A stretch of DNA of 64,000 nt from Planctomycetota bacterium (GTDB lineage: Bacteria; Planctomycetota; B15-G4). Where the stretch lies: assembly GCA_021604805.1 (NCBI GenBank), contig BQJR01000001.1, forward strand, positions 720,925 through 784,924, given 5' to 3'. The notes under the pieces were generated by a model, which was not told the DNA's origin, ran no database searches, and was given only the letters and a program-made list of their open reading frames with translations. Every line of letters begins with the position of its first letter. Positions within the stretch are counted from its first letter, which is position 1. The translations under genes and the position numbers were made by a program. Below are positions 48,268 through 57,053 of the stretch, in pieces.

Positions 48268-51200
48268 ATGATGCTGCGCACCCCCATGGTGATCACCCTG
48301 CTGGCCGGCGTCGTGGCGGCGTTCGGCCCCGAGCCCTCAGCGCTGGAGGAGCCCGTCAGCGGCGGCTCGATGCGGCCCAACGCGGCACCGGCTGTGGCGG
48401 CTGCGATTGCGCCGGGTGTGGCAGCTGCCGTCGCGCCCGGTGTCGCAGCTGCGGTCTCGCCGGGGGTGGCGGCTGCGGTCGCGCCGGGTGTCGCGTCCGA
48501 CTCGTCGCCCGAGGCCGCGCTCGGCCAGCACTTCGACCTCCCCGAAGGCCTGAGCGCCACGCTCTGGGCCGAGTCGCCGCAACTGTTCAACCCCACGGCT
48601 ATGGACGTCGACGCGCAAGGCCGCCTGTGGGTCACCGAAGCCGTGAACTACCGCACCTGGGACGGGCGCAACCCGGGGCGTCGACACCCCGAAGGCGATC
48701 GGGTGGTCGTGCTCGAGGATCGCGATGGCGACGGCCAGGCCGAGACCTCCACCGTGTTCGTGCAGGACCCCGAGCTCGTGGCGCCGCTCGGCATCGCGGT
48801 GATCGGCGACGCGGTGTACGTGTCCTGCTCGCCCAACCTGTTCGTGTACCGCGACACCGATGGCGACCTGCGCGCCGACGAACGCGAGACGCTGCTCACC
48901 GGCTTCGGCGGCTTCGATCACGACCACGGCCTGCACTCGCTCGTGGCCGGGCCCGACGGACGCTTCACGCTCGCGGTCGGCAACGCGGGCCCCCACCGCG
49001 TGCTCGACGCCAGCCTGCGTCGCGCGCACGAAACCGCCGTGGCCGCGGCGGAACCGGACGCCGCACCGCGCGCCCCCGCCTTCACGCTCGACTCGGGCAG
49101 CGTCTACAACGGCGGCGGCCCCGAGCTCGCCGACAACCATCCCGGCCTGCGCAGCGCCGACGGTCGCGCGTACACCGGCGGCCTGATCGTGCGCAGCAAC
49201 GCGCAGGGCGACGACCTCACCGTGCTCGCCCACAACTTCCGCAACAACTACGAAGTCGCCGTCGACGCCTTCGGCAATCTCTGGCAGAGCGACAACGACG
49301 ACGACGGCAACGCCAGCTGCCGCACGCTGTGGTGCATGGAAGGCGGCGACCACGGCTACTTCTCCGCCGACGGCACGCGCTACTGGGGCAGCGATCGTCG
49401 TCCGGGGCAGAGCACCGAGCGCGCACATTGGCACCAGGATGATCCGGGCGTCGTCCCCGCCGGCACGATCAACGGCGGCGGCGGACCCACGGGCGTGGCC
49501 GTCTACGAAGGCAAGCTGCTCGCCGAGTGGATCGACGGCGCCGTGCTGAATGCCGACGCCGGCGCGGGCGTGGTCTACGCGCACCGCCCGCGCGCGGTCG
49601 GCGCCGGCTTCGAACTCGACAAGACCGACCTGATCCGCGCGACCGCTGGCGACGGCGACGACGCAGACCGCGCCGACTGGTTCCGCCCCAGCGATGTCGT
49701 CGTCGGTGTCGACGGCAGCGTGTTCGTGGCCGACTGGTTCGACCCCGGCGTGGGCGGTCACGCCATGGGCGATCGCAAAGCCTACGGCCGCATCCTGCGC
49801 ATCGCGCCCACGGAGCCGAGTGACATCGTCGAGCCCGGCGCGAGCGGCCCGCTCGACACGATCGACGCGCAGATCGCAGCGCTCGCGAACGCTGCCATGC
49901 ATCGGCGTGCGGTCGCGCGCGACTTGCTGGCCGCCGGCGGCAAAGACGCGTTCTTGGACCTGTACTCGACCTTCAAAGAGAGCGACGACCGCCGCCTGCG
50001 TGCGCGCTGTTTGTGGCTCTTGCTCGGCCCCGAGCTCGAGCACGTCTCGCCGGAACGCGGCCACCCGCTCAGCCTCGGACTCCGCGACGCGGATCCCGAG
50101 ATCAACGTCACGGCGCTGCGAGCGTGGGCACAGAACAGCGGCGACCGCCTCTTCGAACAGTACGCGCGCTCGCTCGTCTCCTACGACCTCGAGTCGCCGG
50201 CGATGCGCCGCGAAGTCGCGCTGCGCCTGCGCCCCGACGCCTCGCTCGAAATGCTGCAGCAGCTCGCGCTGCGCCTCGACCCGCAGGACCGCTGGGAGCT
50301 CGAAGCCTTCGGACTGGCCGCGGAGGCCCACGGTGCAGAACTGATCGAGGCGTTGCGTCCGCAAGGCCTCGCCCGCGACTGGGACGAACGCTTCACCGCG
50401 CTCGCCTGGCGTCTGCATCCCGAGTTCCTCGTGCCCGCATGGAAAGAGCGCGCGCTCGACGAGCAACTCGACGAAGCCCAACGCCTGCAATCTCTCGACG
50501 CGCTCGCCTTCACCTCCGGCCGCGCAGCTGGCGAGGCGATGCTCGACCTCGCGCTGCAACTCGACGCGGGCTCGGTCGCCGAACGCGCGCACTGGTGGCT
50601 GCGTCATCGCGACAGCAACGATTGGCGCGAGTACGGCTTGCTCGCCGCGCTCGGCGACGACGACCTCGAGCACGCGCAGTTGTTGCACGAGACCGACCTG
50701 CTGCGCGCCGGCCTGCACGAAGTCGACGTCGCGCTCGAAAGCCCGACCACGCTCTGGCTCGAGGTCGACGACGGCGGGAACGGCAACGGCTGCGACTGGG
50801 CCGCCTGGATCGAGCCGCGCGTCACCCTCGCCGACGGCAGCGAGCTCAAGCTGCACGATCAACCGTGGGTCTCGGCCGAGTCGGCCTGGGGCAGCGTGCA
50901 TCGCGGCAACAACTGCTTCGGCGGCCCGCTGCAAGTCGGCGAACAAGCCTTCGAGGAAGGCCTGGGCACGCACGCTTACTCACTCATCCGCTTCGCGCTC
51001 CCCGAAGGCGCGCAACGCTTCCACGCGCGCGTCGGCCCGGATCTCGGCGGCACCTCGCAGAACAACGGCAGTGTGACGAGTCTGCGCTTCCGCGTGCTCG
51101 CCGCCACCGAACGCGACGCCGCGTGGTACGCGCAACGCCTCGCGCTCGTGCGCGTGCCGGGCGCGCCGGATGCGAGCAGCAGGGTAAGACCACAGACTGA

Positions 51201-52509
51201 CGACCTCGCCGCGAGCGCACGCGACCACGCGCGCGCCACCGCCGGCACTGCCACCGCCGGCACCGCCACCGCTGACGACGACGCCCGCGAAACCGCCGCG
51301 CTCGAGCTCGCCGCCGACCCGCAAGGCGGCCTCGCGCTGCTCGCCGCCGCCGCCGACAACACGCTCGATCCTGGACTCCGCGAGCTCGTCGCCGAAGAGT
51401 TGTTCCGCAACCCCGACCTCGCCGTGCGCGCGCTGGCCAGCGAACACTTCACGCGTCCCGGCGAGAGCGCGCGACGCTTCCCGCCCGTGCCCGAGTTGCT
51501 CGCCATGTCCGGCGATCCCGCGCGCGGCCGCGACGTGTTCCTCGACGAAGCCACCAGCGGCTGCCTGCGCTGTCACGCCTACACGCTGGGCGAACGCACG
51601 GTCGGCAGCTCGCTCGGCCCCGAGCTCACCGGGCTGCACGAGAAGCTCGACCGCGCGCAGATCCTCGACTCGATCCTGAACCCCAGCGCCGCGCTCTCGA
51701 TGGGTTACGAAGCCTCGCTCGTGGAGCTGGTCGACGGGCGCTTGCTCACCGGCTTCGTGCGCGCCGACGGCCCCACGCTCGTGCTCGACGACACGCTCGG
51801 CAAGCGCCACGTGATCCCCGCGGAACAGGTCGCGTCACGCCGCGCGCAACGCCTCTCGGTGATGCCCGACGGCATCGCCACCGCGCTGCAGCCGCAGCAA
51901 CTCGTCGACCTGGTGGCCTTCTTGTCGGTGCCGGGCACGCACGAGTACCGGCGCGGCGCAACGCGCGCACTCTTCGACGGCGACACGCTGAACGGCTGGC
52001 AAGTGATCGGCGACCCCGAGAGCTGGAGCGCCGCCGACGGCGTGCTCAGCACGAACGGCTCCCCCGCCGGCTACCTGCGCACCGAAGAACTCTTCACGGA
52101 CTTCGAACTCGAACTCGAGTGGCGCTTCGAAGCCGGCGTGCCCGGCAACTCCGGCGTGTTGCTGCGCGTGAACGGCCCCGACACCGTCTGGCCGCGCTCC
52201 CTCGAAGCGCAACTCCACGCGGGCAACGCCGGCGACATCTGGAACATCGGCGAGTTCGGCGCGCGCACCGATCCCGCGCGCCTCAGCGGACGTCGCACAC
52301 GCAAGCTCGGGCCGTCGGCGGAGAAGCCGTTGGGCGAGTGGAACCACTACCGCATCCGTCTCGCCGGCCCGCTGCTCGAACTGTGGGTCAACGGCGTGCT
52401 GATGAACACCGCGAGTTGGTGCGAGGAGACGCCCGGCGCGATCGCCGTGCAAGCCGAGGGCGTGCCGGTTCAGTTCCGCAACATCCGGCTCACGCCGCTG
52501 CTGCGCTGA
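48268..52509 (+). CDS. PVC-type heme-binding CxxCH protein: membrane-bound dehydrogenase-like beta-propeller, HEAT repeats, NPCBM/NEW2-like module, cytochrome c and DUF1080 (1413 aa)
   Basis: LFNPTAMDVDAQGRLWVTEAVNY, NFRNNYE, GLGTHAYSLIRF (NPCBM-like), heme motif CLRCH with GPELT and SVMP, and DUF1080 LFDG.TL.GW...NSGV...EWNHYRI. SD GGGAG before ATG 48268. Confidence 0.88.
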   Translation: MMLRTPMVITLLAGVVAAFGPEPSALEEPVSGGSMRPNAAPAVAAAIAPGVAAAVAPGVAAAVSPGVAAAVAPGVASDSSPEAALGQHFDLPEGLSATLWAESPQLFNPTAMDVDAQGRLWVTEAVNYRTWDGRNPGRRHPEGDRVVVLEDRDGDGQAETSTVFVQDPELVAPLGIAVIGDAVYVSCSPNLFVYRDTDGDLRADERETLLTGFGGFDHDHGLHSLVAGPDGRFTLAVGNAGPHRVLDASLRRAHETAVAAAEPDAAPRAPAFTLDSGSVYNGGGPELADNHPGLRSADGRAYTGGLIVRSNAQGDDLTVLAHNFRNNYEVAVDAFGNLWQSDNDDDGNASCRTLWCMEGGDHGYFSADGTRYWGSDRRPGQSTERAHWHQDDPGVVPAGTINGGGGPTGVAVYEGKLLAEWIDGAVLNADAGAGVVYAHRPRAVGAGFELDKTDLIRATAGDGDDADRADWFRPSDVVVGVDGSVFVADWFDPGVGGHAMGDRKAYGRILRIAPTEPSDIVEPGASGPLDTIDAQIAALANAAMHRRAVARDLLAAGGKDAFLDLYSTFKESDDRRLRARCLWLLLGPELEHVSPERGHPLSLGLRDADPEINVTALRAWAQNSGDRLFEQYARSLVSYDLESPAMRREVALRLRPDASLEMLQQLALRLDPQDRWELEAFGLAAEAHGAELIEALRPQGLARDWDERFTALAWRLHPEFLVPAWKERALDEQLDEAQRLQSLDALAFTSGRAAGEAMLDLALQLDAGSVAERAHWWLRHRDSNDWREYGLLAALGDDDLEHAQLLHETDLLRAGLHEVDVALESPTTLWLEVDDGGNGNGCDWAAWIEPRVTLADGSELKLHDQPWVSAESAWGSVHRGNNCFGGPLQVGEQAFEEGLGTHAYSLIRFALPEGAQRFHARVGPDLGGTSQNNGSVTSLRFRVLAATERDAAWYAQRLALVRVPGAPDASSRVRPQTDDLAASARDHARATAGTATAGTATADDDARETAALELAADPQGGLALLAAAADNTLDPGLRELVAEELFRNPDLAVRALASEHFTRPGESARRFPPVPELLAMSGDPARGRDVFLDEATSGCLRCHAYTLGERTVGSSLGPELTGLHEKLDRAQILDSILNPSAALSMGYEASLVELVDGRLLTGFVRADGPTLVLDDTLGKRHVIPAEQVASRRAQRLSVMPDGIATALQPQQLVDLVAFLSVPGTHEYRRGATRALFDGDTLNGWQVIGDPESWSAADGVLSTNGSPAGYLRTEELFTDFELELEWRFEAGVPGNSGVLLRVNGPDTVWPRSLEAQLHAGNAGDIWNIGEFGARTDPARLSGRRTRKLGPSAEKPLGEWNHYRIRLAGPLLELWVNGVLMNTASWCEETPGAIAVQAEGVPVQFRNIRLTPLLR
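48385..48495 (+). repeat. In-frame 24-bp degenerate tandem repeat (about 4.5 copies) encoding APGVAAAV
   Basis: Protein APAVAAAI-APGVAAAV-APGVAAAV-SPGVAAAV-APGVAS directly after the signal region. Confidence 0.8.
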
Positions 52510-52520
52510 GCGAACGGCGA

Positions 52521-52547
52521 CGCCTCGCGCGTTGCACGCGTGAGGCG
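52521..52547. terminator. GC-rich hairpin between convergent genes, possible terminator or pause site
   Basis: CGCCTCGCGCGT-tgc-ACGCGTGAGGCG, a 12-bp stem with one G-U; no U-tract. Confidence 0.35.
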
Positions 52548-52597
52548 CGAGGCAGACACTCTCGCGGGCACCGCGCACACACCGCACGCCCCTCGCT

Positions 52598-53473
52598 TCA
52601 GCTGCGCCGCGCGAGGATCTTGGCGCCGAGCGCGGCGATGAGCCCTTCGGCCGCGCCGCCGCGCGAGCGTTGCAGCGCGTCGCTGACGAGTTGTTCGGCG
52701 TCGCTGCGGGCTTGGGCGGCGCCCACGACGGCGGGCCAGGTGAGTTTGCCGGCTTCGGCGTCGGCACCGGCGGCCTTGCCGAGATCGGCGCTCTCGCCTT
52801 CGACGTCGAGCAAGTCGTCCACGATCTGGAAGGCCAAGCCGAGGTCGAGGCCCACGCCGCCCAGGCGCTCCACGTGCGCGGGGTCGCCGCCGCCGGCCAG
52901 CGCGCCAAGCTGCAAGCAGGCCGCGAGCAGCGCCGCGGTCTTGCCTTCGTGGATGCGACGCACGTGTTCGAGGTCGGGTTCGGCGCCCTCGGCGGCCAGG
53001 TCGTCGCACTGCCCGCCGACCATGCCGGCCCAGCCCGTGTGACGCGCGAGCACGGCACACATCTCGCCCACGGGTGCGTCGGCGGGTGTGCCGCGCGCGA
53101 GCACTTCGAAGCTCAGCGTGAGCAGCGCGTCGCCGGCGAGCACGCCCATGGCGTCGCCCCAGAGCACGTGCACACAGGGCTTTCCGCGACGCTGCTGCGC
53201 GTCGTCCATGGCGGGCAGGTCGTCGTGCACGAGCGAGTAGGCGTGCATGAGTTCCACGGCCGCGGCCGCGCCTCTCGCGCGCGACAACTCGCCGCCCACG
53301 TCGAGCGCGCCGAGCTCCACCAGCGCGGGGCGCAAGCGCTTGCCGCCCGAGAACACGATGTGACGCATGGCCTCGGCGAGCTCGCCGCGCTCCGCGACGC
53401 TGGGCAGGCACTCGTCGAGCGCGGTGTCCACGCGCGCGCAGGCTTCGGCCATGAAGGCGGTGAAGTCGTTCAA
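52598..53473 (-). CDS. ispA: Farnesyl/geranylgeranyl diphosphate synthase (291 aa)
   Basis: SGGKRLRP, FARM SLVHDDLPAMDD..QRRG, GMVGGQ, KTA and SARM FQIVDDLLD. TTG start overlaps the upstream stop (TTGA). Confidence 0.95.
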   Translation of the reverse strand: MNDFTAFMAEACARVDTALDECLPSVAERGELAEAMRHIVFSGGKRLRPALVELGALDVGGELSRARGAAAAVELMHAYSLVHDDLPAMDDAQQRRGKPCVHVLWGDAMGVLAGDALLTLSFEVLARGTPADAPVGEMCAVLARHTGWAGMVGGQCDDLAAEGAEPDLEHVRRIHEGKTAALLAACLQLGALAGGGDPAHVERLGGVGLDLGLAFQIVDDLLDVEGESADLGKAAGADAEAGKLTWPAVVGAAQARSDAEQLVSDALQRSRGGAAEGLIAALGAKILARRS

Positions 53474-54837
53474 GGCAAGCTCTCCAGCGCACGCGTCCAA
53501 GCGTCGAAGTCGGCACCCGGCAACGGGCGACGCCACTCGTCGCGCCAGAACGGGCGCGTGACACCTTCACGCGTGAGCGTGCCTTCGCGCAAGAGCAGGC
53601 TGGGGCCATCTTTCAACACGCTGCCGCGCGCGGCGTCGAGCAAGCCGGGGAGTTCGGCGCTGCTCCCCAGCGCGCGCAACTGCACGCCGATGAGTTCGCC
53701 GTCGATCACATCCTCGAGGCTCACTAGCTCGAGGCCGCGCCCCGTGAGCAGCACCTCGAGCGCACGCCGCGCACGCGCCCGACGCACGATGCGCGCCGGC
53801 ACTTCGAGCGGTGTGCGCTGGAAGACTTCGGGATGCTCGGCGCTGAGCGGCAGCAACAACTCGGCGTCGGGGTCGGCGTCTTGTCCGTGCAGGCGCAGCG
53901 CGAGGCCTTGTTCGAACTCCACCAACTCGGCGCGCAACCAGAACTCCACGAACTCGCGAGCCAGCTCGGGGTCGAAGCGATTGACCATCAGCGCGTCGAT
54001 GCCGCCTTCACTGCTGGCGCCGATCTCGAGCACGCGGATCAAGTCCATCTCCAGCGTTTCGAAGGCGGCGTTCAGCGCGAGCAGCTCACGGGGGCCTTCG
54101 CGTTCGGTGGTGCGCTGGGTGACGGGCGCGCTCGGCGGCGGCGCGGGCGGTTTGCCGAAGCCGGCCTCGTGCAGGCTGGCGAAGCGTTGCTCGGCGCGCA
54201 CCAAGTCGGCGCGCAAGCTCGCGGCCTCGCCGATGTAGTCGTTGCGCTCTTTGCGCAACTTGTCGAGTTGTGCGTTCTGCTTCGCGGCGCGCTCGTCGCT
54301 GAGGCGGGAGAACTCGGCGAGGCGTCGCGCGGCTTCGTCGCGCTCGGCGAGCGCGGCTTGGAGTTGCGTGGGGTTTGAGTGGGCCGCGTCGCTCGTGGGA
54401 TCGCTGCTGCCCTCGACGAGTGCGGCGTTGCCGACAGCGCGCGTCTGCGCAGACTCAGGTGCGCCTGCGCCAACGAGCCCTGCTGCGCTCGCGCCGTTGC
54501 GCGGAGCTGCGTGACCGCTCGGACCCGAGTTGTCGATCCACCACCAAGCCCCGAAACCCACGGCACCCAGCAGCACGAGCGCCACCAACAAGCGTTGACT
54601 CGCGAGCAGTCGTCGGCGCGTGGCGCCGAGCTCTTCGGTGAGGCGCTCCTGGCCCTGCGAGAGTTCGCTGAGCACGACATCCAAGCGCGTGAGACCCGCG
54701 CGCAACTCGCGACCCTGCGCGAGCTCGGCGGCCAGGTCGGCCTGTGAGCGACGCAAGCTCTCGAGCGCGCGCGCGTGGATCAGCAGCGCGGCCTCCTGGC
54801 CTTCATCGCGACCTGCTTCGCGATCGTTGTCCGTCAC
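53470..54837 (-). CDS. Hypothetical single-TM coiled-coil protein with a beta-rich C-terminus (455 aa)
   Basis: Heptad-rich N-terminus, TM LLVALVLLGAVGFGAWWWI, second coiled coil and beta-rich C-terminal region. Coupled to both neighbours. Confidence 0.7.
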   Translation of the reverse strand: MTDNDREAGRDEGQEAALLIHARALESLRRSQADLAAELAQGRELRAGLTRLDVVLSELSQGQERLTEELGATRRRLLASQRLLVALVLLGAVGFGAWWWIDNSGPSGHAAPRNGASAAGLVGAGAPESAQTRAVGNAALVEGSSDPTSDAAHSNPTQLQAALAERDEAARRLAEFSRLSDERAAKQNAQLDKLRKERNDYIGEAASLRADLVRAEQRFASLHEAGFGKPPAPPPSAPVTQRTTEREGPRELLALNAAFETLEMDLIRVLEIGASSEGGIDALMVNRFDPELAREFVEFWLRAELVEFEQGLALRLHGQDADPDAELLLPLSAEHPEVFQRTPLEVPARIVRRARARRALEVLLTGRGLELVSLEDVIDGELIGVQLRALGSSAELPGLLDAARGSVLKDGPSLLLREGTLTREGVTRPFWRDEWRRPLPGADFDAWTRALESLP

Positions 54838-55385
54838 GGCGAGCTGCCTCCAGAGGATTCCTCAGCTGGACGTGCGCCAGCTGCCGGGGCGTCCCGCTTG
54901 CGCCGCGCTTGGGCGCGTCGAGCCGCGCTGAACAACAGGTAGTAGGTCGGGACGGCCACCAGACTCGCGATCACGATCGAGCCCACGACCATCGGCCAGA
55001 AGATCTCGTGCCCGAGTCCGAGCATCGTGTCGACGAGGCCGGTCTCGCCGCTGGCGAAGGCGTCGAGCCGGGCCACGAGCAGCTCACGGAACTCGTCCCA
55101 ACCCGAATGTCCTTGGCCGAGCAGCAAGGCGCCGAGCAGATAGAAGGCGAAGTAGAGCGGCACGACGGTGAAGGGATTGCTGATCCAGACCATCGCCAAA
55201 CTCACCGGCAAGTTCGCGCGCAACGGGACCGCGAGCGCCGTGACGATCAACATCTGCGCGCCGACCGTGGGCGTGAGTCCGACCCAGATGCCGAGCGCCC
55301 CACCGCGCGCGATGGAAGGCGGACTGCCTTGCGCCTTGCGCAGTGGTGTGATCAGCCGCTCGCGCAGCAGCGCGCCGAGCTTCAC
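54834..55385 (-). CDS. DUF2062 family membrane protein (183 aa)
   Basis: SP.SIARGGALGIWVGLTP..G.Q...LRANLPVSLAMVWISNPFT..PLY. Confidence 0.88.
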   Translation of the reverse strand: MKLGALLRERLITPLRKAQGSPPSIARGGALGIWVGLTPTVGAQMLIVTALAVPLRANLPVSLAMVWISNPFTVVPLYFAFYLLGALLLGQGHSGWDEFRELLVARLDAFASGETGLVDTMLGLGHEIFWPMVVGSIVIASLVAVPTYYLLFSAARRAQARRKRDAPAAGARPAEESSGGSSP

Positions 55386-56149
55386 CAAGCATCCCCTTTG
55401 CCGGTCTCGGCGAACCACTCGCGCAGCGCGTCGAGGTCACTCTGACGGCGCCGCGTGATGTCGCCGGCCGCTTCGATCAGCGCGGGTTCCACTTGGTCGA
55501 GGAACTCGCGCGCCTCGCTGCCCTTCTCGCGACGCTCGTTCTTCTCGGCGGTCTCGACCAGGGCTTCCCAGCCGTCGATGAGTTCTTCGATGGCCTCGCG
55601 CCGCACGTCGACATCTTGATCGCTGTAGATCGCGAGGCTGCCGGCCGCGGTGGCCACGAGGTAGGCGTCGGGTTCGGCGAGGCCTTTGGCGATGAGCGAG
55701 ATGTCGTCGGGGTCCAAGCTCAGCGCGATGCCTTCGTAGAGCAGGCCGCGCACGTCGTACCACTCTTTGAGGTGCTTGCTCTTGAGCGCCTTGCGCAGGA
55801 TCTCCACGCCGCCGGGCTTGTCGTGCAGGATGCCGATGGCGCCGGCGTAACTCGGCGAGAGCAGCTGCTCGGGACTCTGGCCGTCTTCGCCGATGGTCTG
55901 GCGCGGCTTGCTCGTGAGCATCCCGGCGAGTGCCTTATTGAGCTTCTTGCGCGTCTTGTCGGAGACCTTCTCGTAGACCAGATCGATGTCTTGCACCGCT
56001 TCCTGAAGCTGGTCGACGTAGCCCTTGTCGAGCGCCAGGTCGAAGCGCTCGAGCACCTCGGCGGCGAAGTCGTCGGGCTCGCCTTGGGCAGGCAACCACG
56101 ACGCCGTCAACCCGACGAACAGAAGCGAAATCAGCCAGTTCACGCGCAT
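55382..56149 (-). CDS. Exported HEAT-repeat-like hypothetical protein (255 aa)
   Basis: Signal peptide MRVNWLISLLFVGLTASWLPA; helical repeats such as LAEPDAYLVATAAGSLA and DVDVRREAIEEL. Confidence 0.65.
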   Translation of the reverse strand: MRVNWLISLLFVGLTASWLPAQGEPDDFAAEVLERFDLALDKGYVDQLQEAVQDIDLVYEKVSDKTRKKLNKALAGMLTSKPRQTIGEDGQSPEQLLSPSYAGAIGILHDKPGGVEILRKALKSKHLKEWYDVRGLLYEGIALSLDPDDISLIAKGLAEPDAYLVATAAGSLAIYSDQDVDVRREAIEELIDGWEALVETAEKNERREKGSEAREFLDQVEPALIEAAGDITRRRQSDLDALREWFAETGKGDAW

Positions 56150-56155
56150 GCGGCC

Positions 56156-56184
56156 ATAGTAGGCCGCGCACGGGCGAGCTGCAA
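56156..56184 (-). promoter_or_regulatory. sigma70 promoter TTGCAG-N17-TACTAT, placing +1 at or next to the ATG (leaderless) of the HEAT-DUF2062-coiled coil-ispA operon
   Basis: Minus strand: -35 at 56184-56179, -10 at 56161-56156, 6 nt to ATG 56149, no SD. Confidence 0.65.
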
Positions 56185-56192
56185 TCGGCGCT

Positions 56193-57053
56193 CTAGAAGC
56201 GCACCGAGCCTGCGGGCAGTGCGCAGTGTTGCTCGACCGAGCGGGCCAGCGCGTCGGCGAGGGCGAGGCTGTGTGGGCGCTCGGTGGGCAGTGTGCGGCC
56301 GGCGAGCACGTCGAGGTCCACGAGGCCCTTGCCCGAGCCGGTGAGGAAGGCCTCGCTGGCGGTGGGCAGCTCGTCGCGGTGGACGCGGCGTTCGCGGACC
56401 GGCAACTCCAGGCGCTGCGCCAGTTCGAGCACGTGCGCGCGCGTGACGCCCGGCAGGATCGAGCCTTCGAGCGCGGGCGTGACGAGCTCGCCGTCGAACA
56501 CGAAGAACACGTTCGCCACGGTGGCCTCGGTGATGCCGCCCTCGGGTTCCACCATGAGATCGTCGAGACGACCGGCGGCCTCGGCGGCTTCGCGCAGCAT
56601 GTAATGGATCAGGTAATTGGTGCTCTTCACGCCGGCGAGCGGCGAGCGCAGGTCGTGCGCGAAGTCGACCAGGCCGACTTCCATGCGGCGGCTGCCACGC
56701 GGCTCGGGCGCGGCACGCAACTGCGCGATCACGTGCATGTCGTTCACGCCGGCGCCGGCGTCGCCCGCGGTGACCGTGATGCGACACAGCGCGTTCGGCT
56801 GTTGCGCGCGCTCGGCCAAGTCGGCGAGCTGCTGCGCGAGGTCGTTCACGAACGGCGGCACCGCCAACCCCACCGCGCCGAGCGACGCGTGCAAGCGTTC
56901 CACGTGACGGTCGAGCAGGAACGCGCGGCCCTCGAAGAGTCGCACGGTTTCGAAGGCGCCCAAGCCGTAGAGCAAGGTGCGGTCGAAGGCCGAGACGCGC
57001 GCTTCGGCGGCGGGCACGACCTGGCCGTCGAAGAGAGCCCATTGTTCGCTCAT
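56193..57053 (-). CDS. pabC: Class IV PLP aminotransferase, probably 4-amino-4-deoxychorismate lyase
   Basis: YGLGAFETVR, HVERL, PLP lysine VKSTNY, EATVANVFFV, LEGSILPGVTR and EAFLTGS. Coupled (ATGA) to pabB. Confidence 0.8.
   Translation of the reverse strand: MSEQWALFDGQVVPAAEARVSAFDRTLLYGLGAFETVRLFEGRAFLLDRHVERLHASLGAVGLAVPPFVNDLAQQLADLAERAQQPNALCRITVTAGDAGAGVNDMHVIAQLRAAPEPRGSRRMEVGLVDFAHDLRSPLAGVKSTNYLIHYMLREAAEAAGRLDDLMVEPEGGITEATVANVFFVFDGELVTPALEGSILPGVTRAHVLELAQRLELPVRERRVHRDELPTASEAFLTGSGKGLVDLDVLAGRTLPTERPHSLALADALARSVEQHCALPAGSVRF

Noticed and set aside
48385-48495. Repeat array as a possible CRISPR
   Set aside because: The units are contiguous and degenerate at third codon positions, with no unique spacers and no cas genes. 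It is a protein repeat.
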